A DNA stretch of 52,275 nt from NCBI GenBank assembly GCA_041750235.1, contig JBGSZV010000258.1:1-52275 (forward strand), in the 5' to 3' direction. A model generated the notes under the pieces. It searched no databases. It saw only the letters and a list, made by a program, of their open reading frames with translations, and was not told the origin of the DNA. Each line of letters opens with the position of its first letter. Positions within the stretch are counted from its first letter, which is position 1. Source of the stretch: Phycisphaerales bacterium (GTDB lineage: Bacteria > Planctomycetota > Phycisphaerae > Phycisphaerales > UBA1924). The translations under genes and the position numbers were made by a program. Positions 37,570 through 46,454 of the stretch are shown here, piece by piece.

Positions 37570-38293
37570 TCCAACCGTCACACTGGCCGACCTGACCGCT
37601 TGCCATCCCGAGCTCATTCCGCTCTTGCAGCGCCTTCGTCTTGATTACTGTTGCGGCGGCGCTCAGCCGCTTGAATCAGCCTGCCTCCGACGTGGGCTGG
37701 TATTCAGCGACGTATGCAACCAGCTCCATCTCGCGATGAACCCGCGCGAACAGCCGGCCCTCCGCAACTGGCAGGACGCCTCAATGACCGCACTGGCCGA
37801 TCACATCGAGGCCACGCATCACGCCTTCGTACGAACGAGCATGGAGTCTCTCAAGGCGCTGGCTGAGAAGGTCGCTGCGGCCCACGCCGAGAATCATCCG
37901 GAACTGAAGGAACTCCGCGGGCTCATCGCCCTGCTTGATGCCGACATGCACGATCACATGATCCGCGAGGAGCGCGTGCTCTTCCCCTGGCTCCGTCGGC
38001 TTGAGCGTCCAACCGAGATCACCAGCGGCCCGCCGTGGAGCGTCAAACGACCCATCGACTGCATGGTCCACGACCACGACGATGTCGCCGACCTGCTCCG
38101 TCAGATCCGCGGCCTGACCCATGACTTCACGCCGCCCCCTGACGCCTGCGGCGCCTTCCGCGCCCTCCTGTCACTCCTTGCCAACTTCGAAGCCGACACC
38201 CACACTCACATCCACCTCGAGAACAACATCCTCTTCCCCGCCGGCTTGCGTGCCGAGCAGGACCAACAGCAAGGGAAGGGCAACGCGCAATAA
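37553..38293 (+). CDS. Repair-of-iron-centres di-iron protein (RIC; ScdA/YtfE family)
   Basis: ScdA_N motif (LRLDYCCGG) plus hemerythrin-like His/Glu motifs (HHAFV, HMIREERVLFPW, HDHDD, HIHLENNILFP). The internal ATG at 37553 has an AGGAG SD. Confidence 0.85.
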   Translation: MTTTIDPTVTLADLTACHPELIPLLQRLRLDYCCGGAQPLESACLRRGLVFSDVCNQLHLAMNPREQPALRNWQDASMTALADHIEATHHAFVRTSMESLKALAEKVAAAHAENHPELKELRGLIALLDADMHDHMIREERVLFPWLRRLERPTEITSGPPWSVKRPIDCMVHDHDDVADLLRQIRGLTHDFTPPPDACGAFRALLSLLANFEADTHTHIHLENNILFPAGLRAEQDQQQGKGNAQ

Positions 38294-38367
38294 CCACCGT
38301 CCCCTGGTTTGCCGGACATCCGGATACACTTCTCCCGTTCTACCACCGCCTCCCCCGGAAACCGGAC

Positions 38368-38823
38368 ATGCTCTCACAGACCGTCGAATACGCGCTGCGC
38401 GCCATGGTCCATCTCGCCACCCTGGAGCCCGGCGGCACCGCCAACAGTGAAACCATCTCCCAGCGAACCCAAGTCCCTCAGGGCTACCTCTCCAAGGTTC
38501 TGCGCGATCTCGTCGTCGCCGGGCTGATCAGGTCGCAACGCGGGCCCAACGGCGGCTTCGCACTTGACATCGAACCCTCTCGCATCTCGATGCTCGACGT
38601 CGTCAATGCCGTGGATCCCTTCAAACGCATTCACTCCTGCCCCCTCGGCAACCCGGCACACGTGAAGCTCTGTCCACTGCACCAGCGAATCGACGATGCC
38701 CTCGACCTCATCGAGAAGCAGTTCGGACGCACGATGCTCTCAGAAGTGATCGAAACAAAGGCCCGCACTGGCGGTCAGTGCAGTTCACTCCTCAGCCCGA
38801 CCATCCGAGGCCGGAAGCACTGA
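38368..38823 (+). CDS. Rrf2-family transcriptional regulator (paralog 2)
   Basis: MLSQTVEYALRAMVHLA...GYLSKVLRDL. Cys cluster SCPLGNPAHVKLCPLH. Confidence 0.85.
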   Translation: MLSQTVEYALRAMVHLATLEPGGTANSETISQRTQVPQGYLSKVLRDLVVAGLIRSQRGPNGGFALDIEPSRISMLDVVNAVDPFKRIHSCPLGNPAHVKLCPLHQRIDDALDLIEKQFGRTMLSEVIETKARTGGQCSSLLSPTIRGRKH

Positions 38824-38985
38824 ACCACAGAATGCGCCATTGGCTCGGGACCTTTGCGATGCGTTTGGGAGCTGCCAGTCACTCCACAGCCATGTGACTC
38901 AGGCTGGTTGACACACCCCGGGGCCCCTGGAAGTAGCCGACACGCCGGCGCCCAAGTCTCGGCGTCCGACGACGAGCCCGGGCTC

Positions 38986-39059
38986 ATCGTGCCTTGAACA
39001 AAGTACGCCCTTATCCCCCGGCACGAGGGGGACGTCGTACTTATGGGCTCAGCAACCGG
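38986..39059 (+). repeat. Direct repeat copy R3 (most diverged): atcgtg..ccttga remnant, 42-nt hairpin (39001-39042), conserved right flank
   Basis: Hairpin AAGTACG..TCCCCC-ggcacga-GGGGGA..CGTACTT. The right flank atgggctcagcaaccgg matches R1 gtggaatcagcaatcgg at 13 of 17 positions. Confidence 0.75.
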
Positions 39060-39211
39060 ACAACACCGCACACCCACCTGACGCCATTGCGGCGCAGATG
39101 AACCCAACTTCAGCGTCAGATCACTCAGTATCCACATCGCTCCGACACACTGCACAGGACTTCATCGCGTGCTTTACAAACTGCACGGCACAGCCTTTGA
39201 GACAGGAGTCC

Positions 39212-39466
39212 ATGCACATGATCTCAATCGACCGCCTCTTCACCGCCGCCGATGCACTCCTCGACGCGGTGCACTCCGAAGGGAACAGCGCGACCATGGA
39301 TATGCTTGTCGAGGAACCGCCCGAAGGAGAGCAGATCCCCGATGGAGTCTTCACCGCAATTGAGCTTACCGAGGCGCTCAATATGCTCTACCGACTCGGA
39401 CTCGTCGATGACCGGACCTTGGGCGTCACCGAGACAGACCAGGACGAACTCACCGACTGGGCGTGA
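39212..39466 (+). CDS. Small acidic hypothetical protein
   Basis: CAGGAG SD before ATG 39212. No recognisable motif. Confidence 0.3.
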   Translation: MHMISIDRLFTAADALLDAVHSEGNSATMDMLVEEPPEGEQIPDGVFTAIELTEALNMLYRLGLVDDRTLGVTETDQDELTDWA

Positions 39467-39475
39467 TGCAGCGCC

Positions 39476-39943
39476 CTATCCCCGCCACTTCTCGCGGACC
39501 ACTCCGCCCTCGAGCCGAACCATCGTCGTCATGTTCGACGGCTTCCGCTCATCATCACCGCCCAGATCCATCACATTCACGAACGAGCCCTCGACCGCCG
39601 CCAGCCGGTACGCCCACACAAGGAGCGCCCCGCCATCGCGTAGCTCAAGCTTCCGATCCGGCTCTCCCAAGGCAGCCAGCAGCCATTCCTCGCTCGTCTT
39701 GTCCACTTCGATCGCCTTGTACAGGTCCTCGCTGACAAACGTGCCGTCATACCTCACGCTCGGACCCTGCATCTGCATCTGAATGGTCACCGGTCCATCG
39801 AGTCGAAGCGCGGCCTCCATCTTGAGCGGCTGCGACGTGTCAACGCACCCGCTTCCGGCGACACAGATCACTCCGATCAAGAGGATGGCGGTGCGTGACG
39901 CACGACGCCATCCTCTTGTATCGCCACCTGCACGACTTCGCAT
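39476..39943 (-). CDS. Hypothetical lipoprotein (possibly SmpA/OmlA-like)
   Basis: Signal peptide with lipobox VAGSGC. Confidence 0.45.
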   Translation of the reverse strand: MRSRAGGDTRGWRRASRTAILLIGVICVAGSGCVDTSQPLKMEAALRLDGPVTIQMQMQGPSVRYDGTFVSEDLYKAIEVDKTSEEWLLAALGEPDRKLELRDGGALLVWAYRLAAVEGSFVNVMDLGGDDERKPSNMTTMVRLEGGVVREKWRG

Positions 39944-39959
39944 CGATCGTTCCTTCCAA

Positions 39960-40142
39960 TCACAGATTGACGGAGGGTCCGCCGCGACCCATCAATCCAA
40001 CAACCAGAGACACCAGGAACAACACCACAAAGACAAAGAACAGGATCTTCGCGATCGAAGCAGCACCGGCCGCGATACCGCCGAAGCCGAAAACCGCTGC
40101 AATGATCGCCACGATAAAGAACGCGATGGCCCAGCGAAGCAT
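39960..40142 (-). CDS. DUF1328 (UPF0391) small membrane protein
   Basis: [38 protein letters not shown] is the family hallmark. AAGGAG SD. Confidence 0.75.
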   Translation of the reverse strand: MLRWAIAFFIVAIIAAVFGFGGIAAGAASIAKILFFVFVVLFLVSLVVGLMGRGGPSVNL

Positions 40143-40436
40143 GTTCAGCTCCTTTCCGATGGATATTGGGATATGAGTACCGACACGCAAGCAGACGGCA
40201 GGATCCGCGTCGCCGCTCTCCCTCCCGCATACCTGCAGCATCGCTCCTCCGTACACCCGCCCAATGAACTGTGCGTGAGTTTGAACTCACTCCCGCAAAC
40301 CGTTTGCCCACGAAACTCTGCCGTGAGGAGCGATTCACGCCAGTCTCACACCACGCGCGCGATCGCGTCGAATGCTCAACGGTCGCGACCGACCTGTCGC
40401 CTCTGCACACATCACAAATCTCCAGAGGAGCACGCC

Positions 40437-40928
40437 ATGAAGATTGAAACACTGCACGATCTGTTCGTTCACGAACTTCGGGACATCTACTACGCCGAAA
40501 AGCAGCTTGTGAAAGCCCTGCCAAAGATGGAAAAGATGGCGACCAACGCCAAGTTGAAGAAGGCCATCGGCGATCACCACAAGGAAACCATCGGCCATGT
40601 GGATCGTCTCGAACAGATCTTCCAGCTGGTCGAGGTCGCCGCACGTGGCATCAAGTGCGAAGCCATGGATGGCCTCCTCGCGGAAGCCAACGAGACCCTT
40701 GCAGAGATCGAGGATACCGACGTCCGCGACGCCGCCATCATCGCGTCCGCCCAGCGGGTCGAACACTACGAAATTGCGGCCTACGGCACAGCCCGTGCCT
40801 TTGCCCGACGCCTGGGACTCAATGATGCAGCCGACCTGCTCACCGCGACCATCGATGAAGAGGGCGCCGCCGACAAAGCCCTGACCAAGATCGCCGAAAG
40901 CTCTGTCAACAGCGCGGCCATCGCCTGA
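40437..40928 (+). CDS. YciE/DUF892 ferritin-like stress protein
   Basis: LFVHELRDIYYAEKQLVKALPKM...HHKETIGHVDRLEQIF...VEHYEIAAYGT. Confidence 0.85.
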   Translation: MKIETLHDLFVHELRDIYYAEKQLVKALPKMEKMATNAKLKKAIGDHHKETIGHVDRLEQIFQLVEVAARGIKCEAMDGLLAEANETLAEIEDTDVRDAAIIASAQRVEHYEIAAYGTARAFARRLGLNDAADLLTATIDEEGAADKALTKIAESSVNSAAIA

Positions 40929-40969
40929 CACCAGCATACTTCAAGACCACTTCCCAGGAGAAAAGACCG

Positions 40970-41284
40970 ATGACAACTGCATCAAACACGACCCGTACTC
41001 CGTTCGGAGCCGACTCGAACTCCGCCACACTCACGGACGTCAAACGCGATGCGATGGCGCTCAAGGATGACGCGGCGTCCTACCTTGCCGGCACCGCCAA
41101 TGCTGGCGTGGATGCGCTCAAACGCGGCGCGGAGTCGGTGGCCGAGAAGGGCAAGACCGTCGTCGCAAAGGGTGACAAGGCAATGCAGTCCGCGTGCGAT
41201 TACATCGGCGAACGTCCACTCACGTCCATTCTCATCGCAGTCGGCGTCGGTGCGATCATCGGACGACTGTTCCACAAACGATGA
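40970..41284 (+). CDS. ElaB/YqjD/DUF883-family membrane-anchored stress protein
   Basis: Helical N-terminus and a C-terminal anchor ERPLTSILIAVGVGAIIGRLF. Confidence 0.7.
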   Translation: MTTASNTTRTPFGADSNSATLTDVKRDAMALKDDAASYLAGTANAGVDALKRGAESVAEKGKTVVAKGDKAMQSACDYIGERPLTSILIAVGVGAIIGRLFHKR

Positions 41285-41323
41285 GCCGGCGGTAGAACGA
41301 CACCCATTCCCGCACATTGAAGG

Positions 41324-41375
41324 CCCGGCGACGATGCAGCGCTCATTCCGCGTTCATCATCGCCGGGTCTTTCTA
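41324..41375 (+). terminator. Intrinsic terminator after the DUF883 gene
   Basis: CCCGGCGACGATG / CATCATCGCCGGG (12 of 13 pairs), followed by TCTTTCTACTT. Confidence 0.45.
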
Positions 41376-41428
41376 CTTGACGACAATCAAGCCTGTTCGC
41401 GTGACGTTCGCTGCAAAGGTAAACCGTC

Positions 41429-41710
41429 TCAGGATCGCGATCGTCGATTCCGGTCATCCACAGATTCGACCGGGCTATGTTCGTCAATGTCACTGACCGC
41501 AACCATGAGCTGAACCACCGACACCAGAAACGCCGTCAGGCTGAAGATGAACAGCACATGCAGCCATGTCTGTTCGTGGAACAACGGACCGGTGAACACC
41601 CGGAAGCCCAGGCCAATCGCGACGACCGCTGAGGCCGCGAGAAACAGCCAGAGGCGTCCGCCACGGCTGAAACGCTTAAGCAGCGAGGATGGATGTCGTG
41701 ATGGTCCCAT
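41429..41710 (-). CDS. Hypothetical two-TM membrane protein
   Basis: Hydrophobic segments only. Start uncertain. Confidence 0.3.
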   Translation of the reverse strand: MGPSRHPSSLLKRFSRGGRLWLFLAASAVVAIGLGFRVFTGPLFHEQTWLHVLFIFSLTAFLVSVVQLMVAVSDIDEHSPVESVDDRNRRSRS

Positions 41711-41784
41711 GTGTCGATTCTCGACCATGAGGGTGACAAACACCTGACGTCAGCGTGAAATCCACCTCATCTGGACCGAAGCCC

Positions 41785-43293
41785 TCACGTCTCCGAGAGA
41801 GATTCAACGCCGTCCAGCTTTGCAAGCGGAAAGCGAACGCAGAAGTCACACCCAGCGCCCGCCCTGTTCTCAAACGTGATCCTTCCAGAGTGCATCTCGG
41901 CAATTCCCTGGGCGATCGCGAGTCCCAGCCCGGTGCCGCGACCCCGCGCCACCTCCGAGGGCGATTGCACGAAACGATCGAACAGAGTCCCCGCAATCTC
42001 CGGTGCGATCCCGGGCCCCTGGTCCCGCACACACACGCTTACCGTTCCCTCCGACATCTCCGCAATGATCTCAACCCTGCTGCCGTGAGGCGAGAACTTG
42101 ATGGCGTTGCGAATCAACCCGTCGATCATCGTCTGCAGCAGCGTCGGATCACCCGCCACCGTCGAGTTGCTCGCCTCTCCATCCAGCAACGTCGGGACCA
42201 GCGTGACCGAGTACTGTCGGGCCATGATGCCGCACTGCTCGACCGCGCTCATCACCACATCGTTGATGAAAACCACCTCGCTCTTGAGGAGCGCCTTCCC
42301 CGCATGCACTTTGGCCAAAAGCAGGAAGCTCTCCACGAGCTTTCCCATCCTCTTCATCTCCTCGTGAACGCTCCCGACAAACCGCGCCCCTTCGTCGTTG
42401 AGTCCTGCGCGGTCAATCGTCTGAGCCTCCGCCAGTAGCACCGCGATGGGCGTCTTGAGCTCATGCGCGACATTCGAGAGGAATCGCTCCTGGGCACGGA
42501 ACGCCTGCCGCAGGCTCTCGCGTGTCTCACGCAGTGAACTCTGCAGCACTTGGAGTTCCGCGACGCTCGTATTCGGTCCTGCCTCTTCCTCCTCAAGGTG
42601 CTCCGGGCGCAGCGTCGTTGCCAACTGCGTCAGACGCGAAAGCGGCCCCAGCAGGCGACCGGTCACCAGCCATCCCGCGACGCCTGAAGCAACCACGCCC
42701 ATCCCGATCAGCAGCAGCACGGGCCGCTCCACCGCGTTCGCCATCTGCGCGAAGTAGTGCTGCGAGATCGTCAACGATACGACGACCGGTTCGTGTCCGC
42801 CTTTCATCGCAGGAACCATGGCAGTCCACGCGCCCGATGAAAGGTCTTCGCCCAGCCAGTCCAGAGACCGTGCACCCTGCTTCAGAAGGACAGGTTGCTT
42901 TGACTCAAACACCTCCTGAACCATGACCATCTTCGAACTCGGCGGATCCGCCACCGTGCTCGCCAGAATGCCGCCGCCCAGCCCGTACACGACAATCGCG
43001 AACCGCTCCGGGACGATGAACAACAGGTGGTTCGCGGCGAACTTCGCCAAGTCGTCGCGAGAAAGCTCCCCCTGATGCGACTCAACTTCCCGCACGATCC
43101 GAGACAGTCGAAGCCGGATCCGATGCGTCATCGTCTCGTCAAGTGAACGTCGGTTATACAGGATCAGCACCACGCACAGGGTGCCTTGGATGATTGTCGA
43201 GAGCATGATGATGAGCAGCGTGACACGCCAGCGGAGGGACCCCACTCGTTGATTCGACCGCTGCAGTGTGGTTTCGCCCGCCGACTCGCTCAC
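41785..43293 (-). CDS. Sensor histidine kinase (TM - periplasmic - HAMP - HisKA - HATPase_c)
   Basis: H-box FLSNVAHELKTPIA, N/G boxes (IRNAIKFS, DQGPGI, GTGLGLAIA). GTG start. Confidence 0.88.
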   Translation of the reverse strand: MSESAGETTLQRSNQRVGSLRWRVTLLIIMLSTIIQGTLCVVLILYNRRSLDETMTHRIRLRLSRIVREVESHQGELSRDDLAKFAANHLLFIVPERFAIVVYGLGGGILASTVADPPSSKMVMVQEVFESKQPVLLKQGARSLDWLGEDLSSGAWTAMVPAMKGGHEPVVVSLTISQHYFAQMANAVERPVLLLIGMGVVASGVAGWLVTGRLLGPLSRLTQLATTLRPEHLEEEEAGPNTSVAELQVLQSSLRETRESLRQAFRAQERFLSNVAHELKTPIAVLLAEAQTIDRAGLNDEGARFVGSVHEEMKRMGKLVESFLLLAKVHAGKALLKSEVVFINDVVMSAVEQCGIMARQYSVTLVPTLLDGEASNSTVAGDPTLLQTMIDGLIRNAIKFSPHGSRVEIIAEMSEGTVSVCVRDQGPGIAPEIAGTLFDRFVQSPSEVARGRGTGLGLAIAQGIAEMHSGRITFENRAGAGCDFCVRFPLAKLDGVESLSET

Positions 43294-43297
43294 ACGT

Positions 43298-43972
43298 TTA
43301 CTCCATCACGCCAAACCTGTACCCCACGCCCTTCACAGTGTGGATGAGTTCGGTCTCAAAGCCGCGGTCCAGCTTACGCCGGAGCGCCGAAACATACACA
43401 TCCACCACGTTGCTCGTCGGCTCGAACGCCAGATCCCAGACTTTCTCACCGATCTGCGTGCGCGACAGCACCCGGTTCGGGTTCCGCATGAAGTACTCGA
43501 GCAGCGCGAACTCCTTGTTCGAAAGCTCGACCTTCTCCTCGCCACGCTTCGCGACTCGCGAGTACAGGTCGAGTTCCAGACCCTCATACCGCAGGCACCT
43601 CGACTCCGACGCCTCGCCACGCCGCAGCAACGCCCGGATCCGCGCCAACAGCTCCTCGAACTCGAACGGCTTGGTCAGATAGTCATCGGCGCCGGCATCG
43701 AGGCCCTGGACCTTTTCATCGGTCCCCGAAAGTGCCGTGAGCATCAGCACCTTTGTCTTCACGCCGCGACGACGCAGATTCCTGCAGATCTCAACGCCGT
43801 CCCGGTCCGGTAGCATGAGATCGAGCAACACGATGTCGTACACGCCCGACGCAGCGAGATCTTCGCCTTCAAATCCTGAATGACACTCGTCCGCGGCAAA
43901 GCCGTGCTCTTGGAGGCCCTTGCGAATCGCCGCGGCCATCTTCGGATTGTCTTCAACGACCAATGCACGCAT
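43298..43972 (-). CDS. OmpR/PhoB-family response regulator
   Basis: MRALVVEDNPKMA...VLLDLMLPDRDG, C-terminal winged helix (LSNKEFALLEYFMRN...IHTVKGVGYRF). GGAGG SD. Confidence 0.9.
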   Translation of the reverse strand: MRALVVEDNPKMAAAIRKGLQEHGFAADECHSGFEGEDLAASGVYDIVLLDLMLPDRDGVEICRNLRRRGVKTKVLMLTALSGTDEKVQGLDAGADDYLTKPFEFEELLARIRALLRRGEASESRCLRYEGLELDLYSRVAKRGEEKVELSNKEFALLEYFMRNPNRVLSRTQIGEKVWDLAFEPTSNVVDVYVSALRRKLDRGFETELIHTVKGVGYRFGVME

Positions 43973-44270
43973 TGTGTTCCCACCTCCACGCGCTGTGAAC
44001 TCACGCGCATGAGAGAAGCGTAGCCTCGAATGCCCCTTCGCGTCGCCGAGGCGCTCACACCACCTACAACATGAAAACTTGCTCATGTCACGCCCGCTGA
44101 GCGGCGCTGGGCGCAGTGCACCCATGAACTGCCTTTCACGGCACGTTCACCACCCCCATCCATCGCAGGCACATCCTTCAAGCACACCGGGATCACTGGT
44201 CGGAGCGCACGATATTCTCGCGGCCGTGCGGCCGCGACCTCCGCCCCTCCCGCACGCAAAGGAACACTAC

Positions 44271-45845
44271 ATGTCACGCACACACACCATTGCCACGCTG
44301 ACGTGCGCTGCCGGTCTCGCGATCAGCGCCGCGGCGGTTGCCCAGTCGGATCGAAGCATGATGCCGCCCACCCGCGATGGGCAGCGCTACCAGGAGACCG
44401 CTCAGCGGCCGATGGAATCCGCTCGCGGCTATACGTTCATGAGCTGCCAGAAGCTCGACGGCATGACCGTCGTCGGGCCGGACTCGAAGTCCATCGGCGA
44501 GGTGAGCAACGTCGTCTTCGATCGCCTGACCGGCCGGATCGAAGCGCTCGCGGTCGACCTCGGCCTGCTCTCAAAGACAGTCAGCGTGCCCTTCAGCCAG
44601 TTCAGCTGGGATACCACCCAGGACGACGGCGCCCGCCTCGCGCTCTCCATGACCGAAGAGCAGCTCAAGGCGATGCCCGCCTTCGATAAGGGCAGATTGG
44701 AGAGCTACCAGCCCTCCAATCGCGCCGACACCGGCAACAATCTCGGTGACCCCTTCCCTTCGAACCAAGCAGCATCCGCGACCGCGTCGGGCACCATCGA
44801 ACGTATTGAAGTACTCGAGATGCCCAACGGCGACGAGTACACCGTCGCAGTGCTTTCCAACGGCTCCTCGCCCAGGCGTGTCGCACTCGGCCCCTCGTGG
44901 TACACGCGCGGCGCGACCTATGTTCCGTTCCGCGGCGCCAAGGTCAATGTGAAGGGATACGAGATCGAGCGCAACGGCCAGCCCCTTTTCGTTGCCACCG
45001 AGATCACGGACGCCAAGGGCGGGACCGCCACCTACCGAGACCAGACCGGAAAGCCCCACTGGGAGCGCACCGCCAGCAACACGCCAGAGTCGTATCGCAG
45101 CCGCTATATGCTGCTGAGCGCGCTCGATGGTCGAGACGTGCAGGCCCACGCGCAATCATGCGGAAGTGTTCACGATGTCATCATCGAACGCGGCGGCGGT
45201 CAGATCGCTTTCCTGTCGATCGATCCCAACGAGAACTTCCTGGGCATCGCTGACACCAAGCGGCTGGTCCCCTTCTCGCTCGCTGTGATCCCTGCCGAAG
45301 GACCGGCACAGATTGATGCATCGAAGGAGATGGTCGTCGCCAGTATCGAAACTCCTGACGATGTCACCACGCTCTCCGGCACCGATCGCCTCACGGCCGC
45401 CTATCGCGCATTCGGTGTGGAAACACCCCGCTACCGCACCCACGCTTCCCAGCCCATGGGTAAGAACTCTGACACCGATCTGTCCAACACCGGCGCCTGG
45501 CAACGCATCGGTTCAAGCATCAAGGCGACTGACGACGCCGCACGGGTCCGCGTCAGCGGCACCGTCGAGTCGATCGAAACCAGAACGCTCGGCGAAGGCA
45601 TCGGCCAGGTGCGTGTTCTCCGGCTGAACGACAGCGGCAAGACCTACGAGGTCATCGTGGGGCCGCCGGCGTATCTCGCACGTCAGAAGGCTGTCCTCGC
45701 GTCTGGAAACCGCGTCGACCTCTCGCTGACGCCCATGCGCATCGACTCCCGCGAGTACTGGATCGCGAACTCGTACCAGACGAGTGACGGCAACGTCGTT
45801 CTTTGGGACGACACCGGCCGCCCCGCGTGGAACTCAAGCCGCTAA
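44271..45845 (+). CDS. Secreted protein with two PRC-barrel-like domains
   Basis: Signal peptide ending AAVAQS. PRC-like segments (LDGMTVVGPDSKSIGEVSNVVFDRLTGRIEALAV; LDGRDVQAHAQSCGSVHDVIIERGGGQIAFLSI). Confidence 0.6.
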   Translation: MSRTHTIATLTCAAGLAISAAAVAQSDRSMMPPTRDGQRYQETAQRPMESARGYTFMSCQKLDGMTVVGPDSKSIGEVSNVVFDRLTGRIEALAVDLGLLSKTVSVPFSQFSWDTTQDDGARLALSMTEEQLKAMPAFDKGRLESYQPSNRADTGNNLGDPFPSNQAASATASGTIERIEVLEMPNGDEYTVAVLSNGSSPRRVALGPSWYTRGATYVPFRGAKVNVKGYEIERNGQPLFVATEITDAKGGTATYRDQTGKPHWERTASNTPESYRSRYMLLSALDGRDVQAHAQSCGSVHDVIIERGGGQIAFLSIDPNENFLGIADTKRLVPFSLAVIPAEGPAQIDASKEMVVASIETPDDVTTLSGTDRLTAAYRAFGVETPRYRTHASQPMGKNSDTDLSNTGAWQRIGSSIKATDDAARVRVSGTVESIETRTLGEGIGQVRVLRLNDSGKTYEVIVGPPAYLARQKAVLASGNRVDLSLTPMRIDSREYWIANSYQTSDGNVVLWDDTGRPAWNSSR

Positions 45846-45872
45846 ATCCATCCTCAGCATCTGAATGCGACA

Positions 45873-45905
45873 CAGGGACCGGCTTTGTCCGGTCCCTGTT
45901 CGTTT
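45873..45905 (+). terminator. Intrinsic terminator after the PRC-barrel gene
   Basis: CAGGGACCGG / CCGGTCCCTG 10-bp stem with loop CTTTGT, followed by TTCGTTT. Confidence 0.65.
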
Positions 45906-46026
45906 GGACAGAGCCGCCTGAAGGCGGATTCAGACGGGGTTCACGATGCACCATGTGATCAACCGGATACTTCAGTGTCCGCACGCACAAACCTTTTCTA
46001 CGCGTGCTTCACTCGGAGATACCCCA

Positions 46027-46212
46027 ATGCAGCACGAAACCGAAAGCCTCCACAGCAACGCCTCCACCAGTCCGAAACTCCGCGCTCTTCTCGCATGTGC
46101 GGCCGCCTTGCACTGCGCCGCCATGCTGGGATGCAACACGACTAAGGGCGTCGGAAAAGATGTCGAGGACCTCGGCGAAGGGATTCAGGACGTCGCTGAA
46201 GACGACGACTGA
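46027..46212 (+). CDS. Entericidin-like small lipoprotein
   Basis: Lipobox MLGC followed by NTTKGVGKDVEDLGEGIQDVAED, which resembles EcnA/B. Confidence 0.55.
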   Translation: MQHETESLHSNASTSPKLRALLACAAALHCAAMLGCNTTKGVGKDVEDLGEGIQDVAEDDD

Positions 46213-46270
46213 AATCTCCATACATCGGGAAACACCCCAGCGCGATGGCCAAATCAGTCACCGCGGCATC

Positions 46271-46303
46271 AAGGGACGCCTCATTGGCGTCCCTTCTGCG
46301 TTT
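46271..46303 (+). terminator. Intrinsic terminator after the entericidin-like gene
   Basis: AAGGGACGCC / GGCGTCCCTT 10-bp stem with loop TCATT, followed by CTGCGTTT. Confidence 0.55.
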
Positions 46304-46454
46304 CCTGGATGCCGGTGCCTCCAGTCAAGTTCAAGAAGGCTTGCAAGTGAACCACGATTCACTGGTTATTCAGCCGGACGCCACCCCGCTCTGCGAAACT
46401 GAAAGTGTGACGCGTGCGACAGTCGGACCTTGAAGTCGACCACGCACAGAAGAG

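Larger units (their letters stand above)
25267..38985. mobile_element. Putative island module 2 (about 13.7 kb): cytochromes + clade II nos cluster + Rrf2/RIC, with no recombinase of its own
   Basis: Bracketed by repeat copies R2 and R3. Functionally coherent cargo. Confidence 0.35.
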
